Of a stretch of 49,885 nucleotides of DNA, positions 1 through 12,571 are shown in pieces. Below the pieces are notes generated by a model that ran no database searches, had not been told where the DNA came from, and was given only the letters and a program-made list of their open reading frames with translations. Positions within the stretch are counted from its first letter, which is position 1. Each line of letters opens with the position of its first letter. Position numbers and translations under genes: made by a program. This DNA is from Minisyncoccota bacterium. Its GTDB lineage: Bacteria > Patescibacteriota > Minisyncoccia > Moranbacterales > GCA-2747515. The stretch covers positions 1 through 49,885 of the forward strand of contig JAHDCW010000001.1 of assembly GCA_020629675.1 (NCBI GenBank). Direction: 5' to 3'.

Positions 1-3000
1 TGTTACTATCTGTGAGCTTGATGGTTACGTTTGCAATAGGATCTTCATTTGCATCCTGGACACCATCTTGGTTTGTGTCATACCAGACATAGTCTCCGAT
101 GGAGCCGAGGGTTGATTCCGTAAAGCCAAAGTCCATTTGATGACGATTTGACCCAACATTTCCCATTGTAACATCAGCTATCGCATCAGTGCCGCTCAAC
201 ACACCATCTGAATCTATCGCATTATCACCATCGGCATTTACATCTTCTTGCGTAAGATCATAGTCCACCAACTCTGCCTGTGTTGTATCAATACTTACCG
301 TGTAGTCTGTATTTGGCGTTAGTGCGACATTGACATTTGCATCAGTAGCGCCCCCAAAGTAATAATGACCATTAGCATCTGTCGTAGCTGTTCCGATAAT
401 TGCACCCGTGTCATCGAGAAGCTCAACTACAACATTAGGTATAGCTGCCTCACCAGCATCCTGTATACCATCCTCATCAACATCTAGCCACACACGGTTT
501 CCGATCTCAATCGGTGCTGCAGCACATAAATATTCCACATCACTTAATCCGCTAGCTTTTCCAGATTCGGGAAACGTACCTCTATAAATCTGATACCACT
601 GGGTAATGTCACCTGTGCTTGTGTCGTACCACTGGAAACCACCACTCTGACGATACAAGCTTTGCACAACACGATCCACTGGATCAATCGGTTCATTTGT
701 TACAGCAACAAGACGTCCAGATCCACGTTTAATCGCGAAACCACCCTCCATATTAGTCAATATACCATCCCCTGCAGAGTCATTATAAAATTCATTTGTT
801 CCATTCGGCGTCCATGTATCTGCATAGGGAGCAGAACAACCATTTGTACCAGAGAGATCATAGCCGCCTACATCATTTTTACAGAACCGTACAATATCAC
901 CATGGCCTTGAAATTCCCACAAATTAGTACTTCCGGTATCTGGACTGTAGTTGTTGGTACCTCCCTGATGTCCCTCACGATCCAAAAGGCCAATAATCAA
1001 GTCACCATCGTCTTCAAATTCGATATCAGCCAAAATTGGCTGTCGTTGTTGTGCTACAAAACCACCAAATGTGGCGAAACTACTCCAATCATCCTCCCAT
1101 GATTGCCATGCAAAATACCCCGTATAGTTCGTAAATGTCGGTACATTTGCAATCTCAGTAAAACCTGAAGCTACGTCATTTGGATCAAATGCAAGCACGT
1201 GCGCTGAAAGATCTCCACTTCCACCACCAGAAGCATCACATACTGCACCTAGATAACCTTGTCCATCATGGAACTTAATTGCCCATGGTCGTAACTCACC
1301 ATTTGTACATACTGTAACACCAGGCAAGCTCATAATGTCGTAGCTATTCACATCCCCAAGAACACTAAAGTCATCATCGCTTACATCTACTAATATTAAT
1401 GTTCTCTGGTAGAGGTTTGTAAGCCAAAGCCGATCTTCACCCTCCTCCATGTCGATGTCTCCATAACTCATCTTACCCACCTTACCAAATGCATCAGGAT
1501 CATGGTTTGGAGTATTAGCATCTGATAGCTCTCCACCACAACTCGCATCCCTACAGACTGATCCCAGATCAATAGCAGCACCTCCATTAGCCGGTGTCAC
1601 CCCCTGTAGGTCAAAACCACCTGCAAGATTCGCAACACCGCCCGAATAATCATACACAAAAACATATCCAGGGCCATTTATCATACTAGAATGCCTTTTG
1701 AGAAAAGATGAATTATACATCCTTTGCTGCGACACTTGCCACGCATAGCCCCATGTTGTCCCGACATCACCGATTGTTGAAACTTCTGTGTATGGATTGG
1801 GCGTGTACCCCGCTTGGTCTGACTGAAAAGTTGCATTTGCCACACCAGTCATATCATCCGCAAAGAGAACAGTACCCGTCATACCACTTCCTGCTGATTC
1901 ACCATTTAAGTAACACGTCGCCATCAAATTTGGATTTGTACCACAATAATCAGCTGGATTAATAACACCAAAGTCTACATCACAGGTATCGTTGTTAGTG
2001 ATAAAGCGGACAGAAGAATCTACAATTGTTCCTGACTGTGCTGGTTGAAGATAACTTGGGAGATCTGTCATTTCTACACGGACGTCTGTGCCGTTGGGGA
2101 CAGAGAGGACGTATTCTCCATCTGTATTTGTTGTGGTGGTATCGATTTGTGTATTTGATGCATCATAGGCAGAGATTGTGATTCCTTCTACGGTAACCTC
2201 TCCGGTATCTAGAGATCCATTAGAGTTAAAGTCTCTAAAGACAGTTCCTCCTAGTTGGCCGCCGGAGCAGGATCCCACAGGAACATCAACAGTAGAAAAA
2301 GTAATGTCATCAATAGCCTGGGAGCTTCTAAATGCATCTGAAATTTCACCGGTTGTTATATCAGTTATACCAACACCCCATCGTAGCGACCGCACCTGCG
2401 TACCTCCAAAATCAACCATCGCACCCTGGTCATTAGTAACACTGCCAACAAGAGTAAGGGTGTCTCCGGCAAATTCAACAGCTGGGAGGGTGGCGTCATA
2501 GTCATTTGTTGGTGGTGATGTGAAAGAAGAAGCTGCAGACGTACCGCCTGGAATTGCAATTTTATTTCCCGTTCCATTTGGACCGTCAAAAATCTCAAAG
2601 GTAGCCTCTTCCTGCGTATTGCTATTATTGTACCTTTGAATTCGTACAGAACTAATATTATGCATCTCCACTGGCTCAGAGAATGTCAAAGTAACATAAT
2701 TCCATTCAGGTGCACCCGTTGTATCATCATTGACCCATCGTAGAGCATCATCCCATGGCGCTCCCCAAGGATTACCCACATAGACATCTGGTGCATCAGT
2801 GCTGACACTCGCTGCATCAAAGCGACCGTCAAACTCTACAGTAAGACCAACTCCTGAGCCATTTACATCAGCAATTGTCTGAATGGCCTGATTCGGCTGA
2901 CCTGAAGCAGCATCTGAACCTCCGATGAAACCGCTGCCAGTGTTCCATGTGGGATCATTAAAGTCAACGACAAAATCACCCATTGCATCAACATGCCCCA

Positions 3001-3070
3001 CAGAAAAAAACATAATGAGTATAGCAGTTGCCGGAGTAAACAACTTTTTTTTGTACCTTGATAGATGCAT
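1..3070 (-). CDS. Large secreted SdrD B-like domain protein, partial (3' end beyond the window; over 1020 aa present)
   Basis: Hand translation from ATG 3070 stays open to base 2. It begins with the signal-like MHLSRYKKKLFTPATAILIMFFSVGHVDA and contains SdrD-B motifs GGTVFRDFNSNG, IEIGNRVWLDVDEDGIQDAGE and GSIGDYVWYDTNQDGVQD. Absent from the ORF track because there is no stop in the window. Confidence 0.9.
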   Translation of the reverse strand, partial: MHLSRYKKKLFTPATAILIMFFSVGHVDAMGDFVVDFNDPTWNTGSGFIGGSDAASGQPNQAIQTIADVNGSGVGLTVEFDGRFDAASVSTDAPDVYVGNPWGAPWDDALRWVNDDTTGAPEWNYVTLTFSEPVEMHNISSVRIQRYNNSNTQEEATFEIFDGPNGTGNKIAIPGGTSAASSFTSPPTNDYDATLPAVEFAGDTLTLVGSVTNDQGAMVDFGGTQVRSLRWGVGITDITTGEISDAFRSSQAIDDITFSTVDVPVGSCSGGQLGGTVFRDFNSNGSLDTGEVTVEGITISAYDASNTQIDTTTTNTDGEYVLSVPNGTDVRVEMTDLPSYLQPAQSGTIVDSSVRFITNNDTCDVDFGVINPADYCGTNPNLMATCYLNGESAGSGMTGTVLFADDMTGVANATFQSDQAGYTPNPYTEVSTIGDVGTTWGYAWQVSQQRMYNSSFLKRHSSMINGPGYVFVYDYSGGVANLAGGFDLQGVTPANGGAAIDLGSVCRDASCGGELSDANTPNHDPDAFGKVGKMSYGDIDMEEGEDRLWLTNLYQRTLILVDVSDDDFSVLGDVNSYDIMSLPGVTVCTNGELRPWAIKFHDGQGYLGAVCDASGGGSGDLSAHVLAFDPNDVASGFTEIANVPTFTNYTGYFAWQSWEDDWSSFATFGGFVAQQRQPILADIEFEDDGDLIIGLLDREGHQGGTNNYSPDTGSTNLWEFQGHGDIVRFCKNDVGGYDLSGTNGCSAPYADTWTPNGTNEFYNDSAGDGILTNMEGGFAIKRGSGRLVAVTNEPIDPVDRVVQSLYRQSGGFQWYDTSTGDITQWYQIYRGTFPESGKASGLSDVEYLCAAAPIEIGNRVWLDVDEDGIQDAGEAAIPNVVVELLDDTGAIIGTATTDANGHYYFGGATDANVNVALTPNTDYTVSIDTTQAELVDYDLTQEDVNADGDNAIDSDGVLSGTDAIADVTMGNVGSNRHQMDFGFTESTLGSIGDYVWYDTNQDGVQDANEDPIANVTIKLTDSN

Positions 3071-3132
3071 TTTTTTTGTCTCAATATTTTATGTATAAGT
3101 TATACACCAGCAACATCCCTTCATTGATACAG

Positions 3133-3141
3133 TTATCCACA
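3133..3141 (+). promoter_or_regulatory. DnaA-box consensus TTATCCACA upstream of the SdrD-B gene
   Basis: Perfect 9-mer in intergenic DNA, 63 bp upstream of ATG 3070; a -10-like TATAAC lies at 3104-3099 (minus). Confidence 0.55.
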
Positions 3142-3292
3142 CGCTCAGATTTTGCCATAATTTTATGCATGTTTAGATTAATTGATAAATAGATAAAACC
3201 CCCAGAATGCATTGGTGCAAAGGAGGGGGTGTGGCGATAAATTTTTAATATAAAAAGACCCGTAAAGTAAAAGGATCGCAACTCCAGAACCC

Positions 3293-4012
3293 CTAAGAGC
3301 TCATACCGATTACTGTAAGCATCGCGCTATGTGAATCTCCTCGATGTCGGCGCGCAGAAAAGTACCTCTCATCCGCAAAGGTGCACTCACCACAGTACTT
3401 CATGTTTTTGATTGGCACGCCTGCACTCTCTACTTGATCCATAAGGATTGCCTGTAAATCAATAAAAATTTTGTCGAGACTGCTTCCACGTTCGATATAT
3501 TTATCCTGTGAATACTGACCAAACTCCTGAATCATCTCCGCATAGTGAAATTCAAAATTAGCCTGTGAAATCCCCGGGCCGAGCTCTATAAAAATATTCT
3601 CAGGCTGTGAACCCTGACTTTTCATTGCATCAATCACCTTGATGATAATCTCTTTAACTGTGCCACGCCAGCCTGCATGCGCCACGCCGACGATACGCTC
3701 CACATCATCATAAAATAACACCGGAAAACAATCTGCCACCGTCAAGCCGAGAAAAACACCTGGCTCCGTAGCGATAAGCGCGTCCACACCTGTAATTACA
3801 TGTGGACTCTCAGAAGTGACGTGTAATACATCCGGACCATGCGCGACCTGCGCGTAGTGAAAATTCTCATACGCTATGCCATTTTTCTCAAGAAAAGTGA
3901 TTTGATTTTGCTTTGATTGTTCTGAGTCCTCACTGCGGAGTTTCATATTACCGTCCCCCGCGAGAGACAGATGAGCCCGGACATGATCGTGATTGGTAAA
4001 AAAAGAAAGCAT
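3293..4012 (-). CDS. pgeF: PgeF/YfiH family (peptidoglycan editing factor / purine nucleoside phosphorylase)
   Basis: Motifs QVAHG, VADCFPV, AHAGWRG, GPGI and CT...YFSARR. Confidence 0.92.
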   Translation of the reverse strand: MLSFFTNHDHVRAHLSLAGDGNMKLRSEDSEQSKQNQITFLEKNGIAYENFHYAQVAHGPDVLHVTSESPHVITGVDALIATEPGVFLGLTVADCFPVLFYDDVERIVGVAHAGWRGTVKEIIIKVIDAMKSQGSQPENIFIELGPGISQANFEFHYAEMIQEFGQYSQDKYIERGSSLDKIFIDLQAILMDQVESAGVPIKNMKYCGECTFADERYFSARRHRGDSHSAMLTVIGMSS

Positions 4013-4030
4013 GACGTGATAGTTAGATTT

Positions 4031-7020
<2,990 letters not shown>

Positions 7021-7067
7021 AAGGCAAATCGATAATTATTTGTTGTTTCTATTTTATCACAGTTCTC

Positions 7068-7781
7068 TTACCGCATAATCCAAAGATAAAGGTCTTTGAC
7101 GAGTCGCTCCAGTTCACGCACATCTTTATGGGAAAGGCGCAACTTGTGGACATGCGCAAAAGACTGGGTATAGATGAGGCGTAGCGCCTTAAGCGCATTA
7201 TGGCTCATAACTTGCGCCTCAGGACGCGAGCGTGCGCTGAGAGCGTTGATCACCCCACCCCCTGCAGGTAAAAAGTAGAGCACATCATCCACAGACAATG
7301 CCTCCCCACTCAACGCGCACCGATCAAGCACCATCTCATACCCTAAGTGCTTATAGAGTCGCACTAAAAAAGCGATACATAAAAAATGTGCTTGCACGTC
7401 ATCATCAACACCATCAAGATACCCGAGAAGCGTAAGAAGTAAATCATAGACCGCTTCATCTTTTTGCTCATCATGGATCACATGCAGGAACTGCGACCGT
7501 ACAGATGAGAGCAATAGCAAACATCCTAGTCGTTCACGTAACCCCGTGTGTGATGAAGTGGTAAATGCACCCGTGAGCACATCTAGCCCGCGCCCTGCCA
7601 CGACCTCCACTTCGGACACGACAAAGTCTTCCACATGTGCAGCCAGCTTGGCCTGTGGCCTCCGCACGCCACGCGCCTTGACTCTGATGAGACCTCGCTC
7701 ACGCGCATAGAGCACATAGATACGATCCAACTCACCCACATCATATTTTGTTAGCGCGATCGCTTGGTAATTCTGTTTCAT
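7068..7781 (-). CDS. recO: DNA repair protein RecO (start probably ATG 7781, leaderless)
   Basis: N-terminal OB-fold motif GELDRI...GLIRVKARGVRRP; C-terminal LGY...CALSG...GGG; TGCTATAAT ends 6 nt before ATG 7781. Confidence 0.9.
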   Translation of the reverse strand: MKQNYQAIALTKYDVGELDRIYVLYARERGLIRVKARGVRRPQAKLAAHVEDFVVSEVEVVAGRGLDVLTGAFTTSSHTGLRERLGCLLLLSSVRSQFLHVIHDEQKDEAVYDLLLTLLGYLDGVDDDVQAHFLCIAFLVRLYKHLGYEMVLDRCALSGEALSVDDVLYFLPAGGGVINALSARSRPEAQVMSHNALKALRLIYTQSFAHVHKLRLSHKDVRELERLVKDLYLWIMR

Positions 7782-7814
7782 GGAGACATTATAGCAAAAT
7801 GATAAATTATCATT

Positions 7815-7846
7815 AAAAAACAAGGTGCGCGCGACGCACCCTGTTT
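7815..7846 (-). terminator. Intrinsic terminator after the ORFan 7852-8370
   Basis: Stem GGTGCG/CGCACC, extendable, followed by a T tract on the minus strand. Confidence 0.65.
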
Positions 7847-7851
7847 CACAC

Positions 7852-8370
7852 CTAACCTCGATGCTTATTGATCGACGTTACTTTTTCTCTGTCTGCAGCA
7901 CCCCTTAAGACTTTCAGCTCAGCAGTAGGGATAACTTCAACTCGATAACAGGACAAGTAATCACCCTGTGTCTTTCTCTTCTCCATAATAAGCTTGTGCC
8001 TACACAGTACATCGAGTATCCGCTCTATTTGACGGCCTGGGATCTCACACCCTGATGCGTGATGTAATCTTTCAACCAATTCATCCTTTATTATGACGTG
8101 ATTAGACTCTTTCATAATCCGATCCATCCGCTCAAAGATGAGCGTAGCCTCAGATTTAGTAATTTCTGCATAATATGCACACTCAGATAAAAAACCACCA
8201 CTCACCGCTTTCGACTTTTCTATTTCTTCACACAACCTAACGCTGACATCGTGATACTTACCAGCAAGACGCAGCCACGCGACACCCAAGCTTACTGTAA
8301 TCAGAAAAAATACAATTACAAATATCACCAAGAAAAGATTTTCTGATGCATAGCTAACTAAAGAACTCAT
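7852..8370 (-). CDS. Hypothetical single-pass membrane protein (start probably 8370)
   Basis: ORF with TM LFLVIFVIVFFLITVSLGVAWL; AAGGGG lies 6 nt before ATG 8370; it has its own promoter. Confidence 0.65.
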   Translation of the reverse strand: MSSLVSYASENLFLVIFVIVFFLITVSLGVAWLRLAGKYHDVSVRLCEEIEKSKAVSGGFLSECAYYAEITKSEATLIFERMDRIMKESNHVIIKDELVERLHHASGCEIPGRQIERILDVLCRHKLIMEKRKTQGDYLSCYRVEVIPTAELKVLRGAADREKVTSINKHRG

Positions 8371-8396
8371 AATTTTCCCCTTGTTTGAGTACTGGA

Positions 8397-8425
8397 AATA
8401 TGACACATCACTACTCAAGTGTCAA
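8397..8425 (-). promoter_or_regulatory. Sigma70-type promoter
   Basis: TTGACA (8425-8420), 17 bp spacer, CATATT preceded by TGn. Confidence 0.6.
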
Positions 8426-8469
8426 ATTAAAGATACTGACAATTATAAATAAAAAATTAGAGCAACCGC

Positions 8470-8507
8470 AAAAGAGTCTGCACGTATTTACGGCAGGCTC
8501 TTTTTTT
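8470..8507. terminator. Intrinsic terminator downstream of ileS
   Basis: AAGAGTCTGC/GCAGGCTCTT stem with A and T tracts on both sides. Confidence 0.75.
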
Positions 8508-8525
8508 ATTTCCTATGAATATGAT

Positions 8526-11462
8526 CTATTTTTTGAGAGAGAAACTAAATGTCATATCTCCGATCTGCACCTCACTCTCACTGTAATCCGCATCTGATAT
8601 ATCCCCCTGCCGCACTTCACGCGCGAGTACCTCATGTGCAATGAGATCGCCATACATAGAAAATACATCTTCACCCCCGACATACCCTAGAGTGATCCGA
8701 TCATCGATTTTAAAGTCGGCCTTCTTACGTGCTTGCTGGATCACACGGATAATATCACGCGCTTGCCCTTCACGCATTAACTCTTCGCTGATCTCCGTGT
8801 CGATCACTACTTTTTCTCCAAAGTGGATTTCCTTAACATTAAGCTCTTCCTCTGCAATTACCGCGAGTTCTCTTGGTACTTCTGGAATAGTTGCACTCTG
8901 CAGCGGCTGGCGGACCTTGATCTTAGCCTGTGCTCGCAGTGAGAGCCCCTCCGTGATCGCATCACGGACCTGTTGCATCTGCGCAAGCAACTCCTCATCA
9001 ACCGTACCAGCCTCAGGCCAATCAGTGAGATGTACCGATTCTTCTCCTGTGAGATTAGTATAGAGCTCCTCTGCCAAAAAAGGTGTAAACGGCGCAAAAA
9101 CCTTGGCCATCTGCACGAGGACATAATGCAACGTCCGGTACGCTTGCTCCTTGTCAGTATCACTCTCGCTCTTCCAAAAACGTTTACGTGAGCGGCGCAC
9201 ATACCAGTTTGACGCATCATCGAGAAGCTCCAAAAGTGGTCGCGTCGCAGTCGGGATATCATAACGTTGCATATTCTCATCCACCTCTGCGATCACCTGA
9301 TGAACGCGACTTAAAATCCATTGATCAAGGATATTATCACTGGACGCATAAGGATCAGTGATCTCCGCTGGTGACTCCCAGCCATCTACTGCAGCATACA
9401 TCACAAAAAAGTCATACATATTCCAGATCATACTTAGTTTGCGTTGGACATCCTGTGTGTTTTTATCAAGTAGCACATAATCTTCACCGCTAAGGAGATT
9501 GGAGGAGAGCATCACAAAACGGTACGCATCCGCACTGTACTTATCCATAGCCTCATTGGGATCTGTGTAATTCTGGCGCGATTTGGAGAGCTTGTAACCA
9601 TCATCACCCATAACATTACCTGTGACAATTACATTTTTAAATGAGTTCACACCAAAGAGTGCCACGCTAACGGTATGCATGTAGTAAAACCACGCTCGTA
9701 CCTGCCCCACATACTCGACGATGAAATCACCAGGAAAATTCTTTTCAAATTTTTCTTTGTTTTCAAATGGATAGTGAAACTGTGCAAATGGCATCGACCC
9801 TGACTCAAACCAACAATCCAAGACTTTTTCAACGCGTCTGTATGTAAGCCCATCTTTTACGATCTCAATATCATCCACCCATGGACGGTGATAATCTTCC
9901 AGCCTCTTTCCAGAAAGTTCCTCAAGCTCATCATAAGAACCGACGACAATCTGCTTCTTTTCTCCTGATTCAGCAACCGCCTCCCACACCGGAAAGGGTG
10001 TCGCCCAAAAACGATCTCGCGATAGGTTCCAGTCAGGTGCCTGCTCAATTGTCTTTTGAAATCGCCCTTCTTTGATATGCCCTGGAAACCAATTAATATT
10101 TTTGTTTTCCTCGAGCATCTGATCTTTTTGCCCTTTGACATCCATAAACCAACTAGGATGCGCGCGGTAAATCAGCTTTGTATCACAACGATGGCAGTGT
10201 GGGTAGCTATGCTTAATATGAGATATGCGCCAGATCGGGGCCGTTGGATCTTTCTCAGGATTTTCTTTCCAAAAAGAAATTCTTTCCTCAACTGATTTGT
10301 GAGCATAATCCCCCATCAGAGTCTCCGTACTAAATTGCGCCATGTCCTTGGCGATTTGCTTATTGATATCCCACACATACTGCCCTTTCCATGGACCTTC
10401 GGCGTAGTGACCACTCTCATCGAGTGTATGCACAGCAGGAAAACCTTTCTCCATCGCCAACTCATAATCCTCCTCACCGTAGACAGGCGCTAAATGCACG
10501 ATACCAGTCCCCTCTTCTGTGCCGACATAATCAGCTGCCCACACTCGGTGCGCACCATCACCTCGATCTGTAAAGAGTGGCTCATAAGACTTCCCTACGA
10601 GCTCATCCCCTTTGAATTCTTTGACCACCTCATAATGAAGAGGCTTATTTTTAGCATCTACGAGCGCAGCCTCTAATAGGTCTTTCGCCAAAATAAGCGA
10701 TTGACCTTCTACCAAAACCTCGACGTAATCAATATCCTCATGCACTGCCACTGCTGTATTTGAGAGTAGCGTCCACGGTGTCGTTGTCCAGGCGAGGAGA
10801 TGGCGATCCTCTCCCACCATTTTAAATTTCACATAAACAGATGGATCAGTTACATCCTGATAAGCACCCTTGTCCATGGTTACCTCATTTTTAGAAAGCG
10901 GCGTCGCATCATGCGGACAGTACATAAGCACCTTTTCACCTTCGTAAATTTTTCCTTTGCTATAAAGCTCCTTAAACGCCCACCAAATACTCTCCATGTA
11001 CTCCTTGTCCATGGTTTTGTACGCATTTTTAAAATCCACCCAACGACCGATCCGATCTACCGTATCCTCCCACGCCTCACCAGTAGCTACCATGTTCTCA
11101 CGTGCAGCTGTAATGTACTTCTCAAGACCATACGCAAGCACTTCATCCTTACCATTGAGACCCAACTTTTTTTCTGTAAAAGTCTCTGCCGGTAAACCAT
11201 GACAATCCCATCCCCAACGTCGCTCTACGCGTTTTCCTTTCATCGTCCAGTACCGTGGTACCGCATCTTTTACAGTCGAGCTGATAAGCGTCCCAGCATG
11301 AGGCTGCCCCGTGATAAAAGGAGGACCATCATAAAAAACATATGCATCATTCTCATCGCGCAAGGCAACAGATTTCTCAAATGTTTTGTCTTCTTTCCAC
11401 TTCTTTGCCCAGTCTTTTTCGTAGTCAATTGCTTTTTTTCGCTTCTTTTCGACAAATTTCAT
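8526..11462 (-). CDS. ileS: Isoleucine--tRNA ligase, type 2 (IleRS2)
   Basis: DGPPF...HAGT (HIGH equivalent), GWDCHGLP, WTTTPWTL, GTGIVH, DWNLSRDRFW, WFESGSMP, KLSKS. The C-terminus lacks the type 1 Zn finger. An Ile T-box lies upstream. Confidence 0.96.
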   Translation of the reverse strand: MKFVEKKRKKAIDYEKDWAKKWKEDKTFEKSVALRDENDAYVFYDGPPFITGQPHAGTLISSTVKDAVPRYWTMKGKRVERRWGWDCHGLPAETFTEKKLGLNGKDEVLAYGLEKYITAARENMVATGEAWEDTVDRIGRWVDFKNAYKTMDKEYMESIWWAFKELYSKGKIYEGEKVLMYCPHDATPLSKNEVTMDKGAYQDVTDPSVYVKFKMVGEDRHLLAWTTTPWTLLSNTAVAVHEDIDYVEVLVEGQSLILAKDLLEAALVDAKNKPLHYEVVKEFKGDELVGKSYEPLFTDRGDGAHRVWAADYVGTEEGTGIVHLAPVYGEEDYELAMEKGFPAVHTLDESGHYAEGPWKGQYVWDINKQIAKDMAQFSTETLMGDYAHKSVEERISFWKENPEKDPTAPIWRISHIKHSYPHCHRCDTKLIYRAHPSWFMDVKGQKDQMLEENKNINWFPGHIKEGRFQKTIEQAPDWNLSRDRFWATPFPVWEAVAESGEKKQIVVGSYDELEELSGKRLEDYHRPWVDDIEIVKDGLTYRRVEKVLDCWFESGSMPFAQFHYPFENKEKFEKNFPGDFIVEYVGQVRAWFYYMHTVSVALFGVNSFKNVIVTGNVMGDDGYKLSKSRQNYTDPNEAMDKYSADAYRFVMLSSNLLSGEDYVLLDKNTQDVQRKLSMIWNMYDFFVMYAAVDGWESPAEITDPYASSDNILDQWILSRVHQVIAEVDENMQRYDIPTATRPLLELLDDASNWYVRRSRKRFWKSESDTDKEQAYRTLHYVLVQMAKVFAPFTPFLAEELYTNLTGEESVHLTDWPEAGTVDEELLAQMQQVRDAITEGLSLRAQAKIKVRQPLQSATIPEVPRELAVIAEEELNVKEIHFGEKVVIDTEISEELMREGQARDIIRVIQQARKKADFKIDDRITLGYVGGEDVFSMYGDLIAHEVLAREVRQGDISDADYSESEVQIGDMTFSFSLKK

Positions 11463-12007
11463 ATATTTTTTGTTAATTGGTAACTGTAAAGACTTTCATG
11501 ATCCTCAAAAGAATAGTCTTCTATGATCCTATATAGTGGTAACCCCTTATATTCATGGCACATCTCCAGAAAAAGCTCTCTTTTGCCGACAAGGCTTCTC
11601 TTCTCAGCATCCCACCGACTCTCGTCATGATACACCCTAAAATGCTCGAGGTTGTCACAGAGGTCTGCCGCTTTGACATTGACAGAACCCTCACCTGCCG
11701 CAGCAATCTCCTCAAAATATACCCCCGTACCGCTCTCATCACCCCGCATCTCATCCGACATCGTATTCACCTCCACCATTTCAGCCACATAAATGCCAAA
11801 TTCACTTTCGATTTCCTCATACGTGACATCAGCATCCTCGATAAGATCGTGACAGTAACCCGCAATAACGACATCTTCATCACCTACCACGCGATACAGA
11901 ATCTCCGCCACACGCATAGAGTGAAGTGCCACTGGCTTGGTAAGATCGAGATCCTTCGTTTTGTCTGTGAGGAAATAGAGCGCTTGTTGTAATTGCCAAT
12001 GATCCAT
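11459..12007 (-). CDS. Stand-alone HD-domain hydrolase of the RelA/SpoT hydrolase (Mesh1/SAH-like) type
   Basis: H...VA, HDLIED, E..FG..VA..V and VKAADLCDNL motifs; its TGA overlaps the ileS ATG (ATGA). Confidence 0.8.
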   Translation of the reverse strand: MDHWQLQQALYFLTDKTKDLDLTKPVALHSMRVAEILYRVVGDEDVVIAGYCHDLIEDADVTYEEIESEFGIYVAEMVEVNTMSDEMRGDESGTGVYFEEIAAAGEGSVNVKAADLCDNLEHFRVYHDESRWDAEKRSLVGKRELFLEMCHEYKGLPLYRIIEDYSFEDHESLYSYQLTKNI

Positions 12008-12010
12008 AAA

Positions 12011-12571
12011 CTAAAAAACTTCAACCCAACCGACAGACGGATTCACCCCCTCATCCTGGTCTGCATTCTCCACTGTTCCATACCTACACAAAGAAGCCTC
12101 TTCAACCTCATACAGCATATCACCCTGCTCAGAACTAAATTCTATACTTACAACAGAGCCATCCTGATTATAAGAAACCGTCTGTTCATTTGACTCCGCA
12201 GACTCGGAACCCTCCTCCTCAGACTGTTCTAAATATTTTTTTCTAATCAGGTATTTCCCTCCATCAATATCCATATTCTCACTCACCTCAAAATAGACCT
12301 CCTCTTCACCTGTAACCCAAGACTCGCCAATCAACTTGCCACTGTCAGAATCATAGTTATAATACACGGCAACTTCATCCCCATTATCCATAACCCACAC
12401 TTTTTCACTGGGCTTACCTGAAATTATTTGAGGAGCATTGTAATAGTTCTCCTGATCAGGTGTAATTAACTCAAAAAAGCTTCGCGGTGCATGACCCACC
12501 GCTTCATAAACTTTTTCTATTTCTGCATACTTTCCCACCTCTTCCTTCCTTTCTTTTGCTTGCTCAAACAT
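12011..12571 (-). CDS. Acidic hypothetical protein, first gene after the T-box (start probably 12571)
   Basis: Open frame ending 3 nt before the HD gene start. The track's ATG 12604 falls inside the T-box terminator hairpin, so ATG 12571 is preferred. Confidence 0.7.
   Translation of the reverse strand: MFEQAKERKEEVGKYAEIEKVYEAVGHAPRSFFELITPDQENYYNAPQIISGKPSEKVWVMDNGDEVAVYYNYDSDSGKLIGESWVTGEEEVYFEVSENMDIDGGKYLIRKKYLEQSEEEGSESAESNEQTVSYNQDGSVVSIEFSSEQGDMLYEVEEASLCRYGTVENADQDEGVNPSVGWVEVF

Noticed and set aside
662..3281. Short track ORFs (662-1102, 1708-1962, 2178-2501, 2365-2598, 2863-3084, 3081-3281)
   Set aside because: Shadow or alternative frames of the large minus-strand SdrD-B gene or its promoter region; no motifs.
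3071..3292. Replication origin or c-di-GMP riboswitch in the AT-rich spacer
   Set aside because: Only one DnaA box and no dnaA nearby; GGCAAA is not followed by the rest of the GEMM motif; the hairpins look like terminators.
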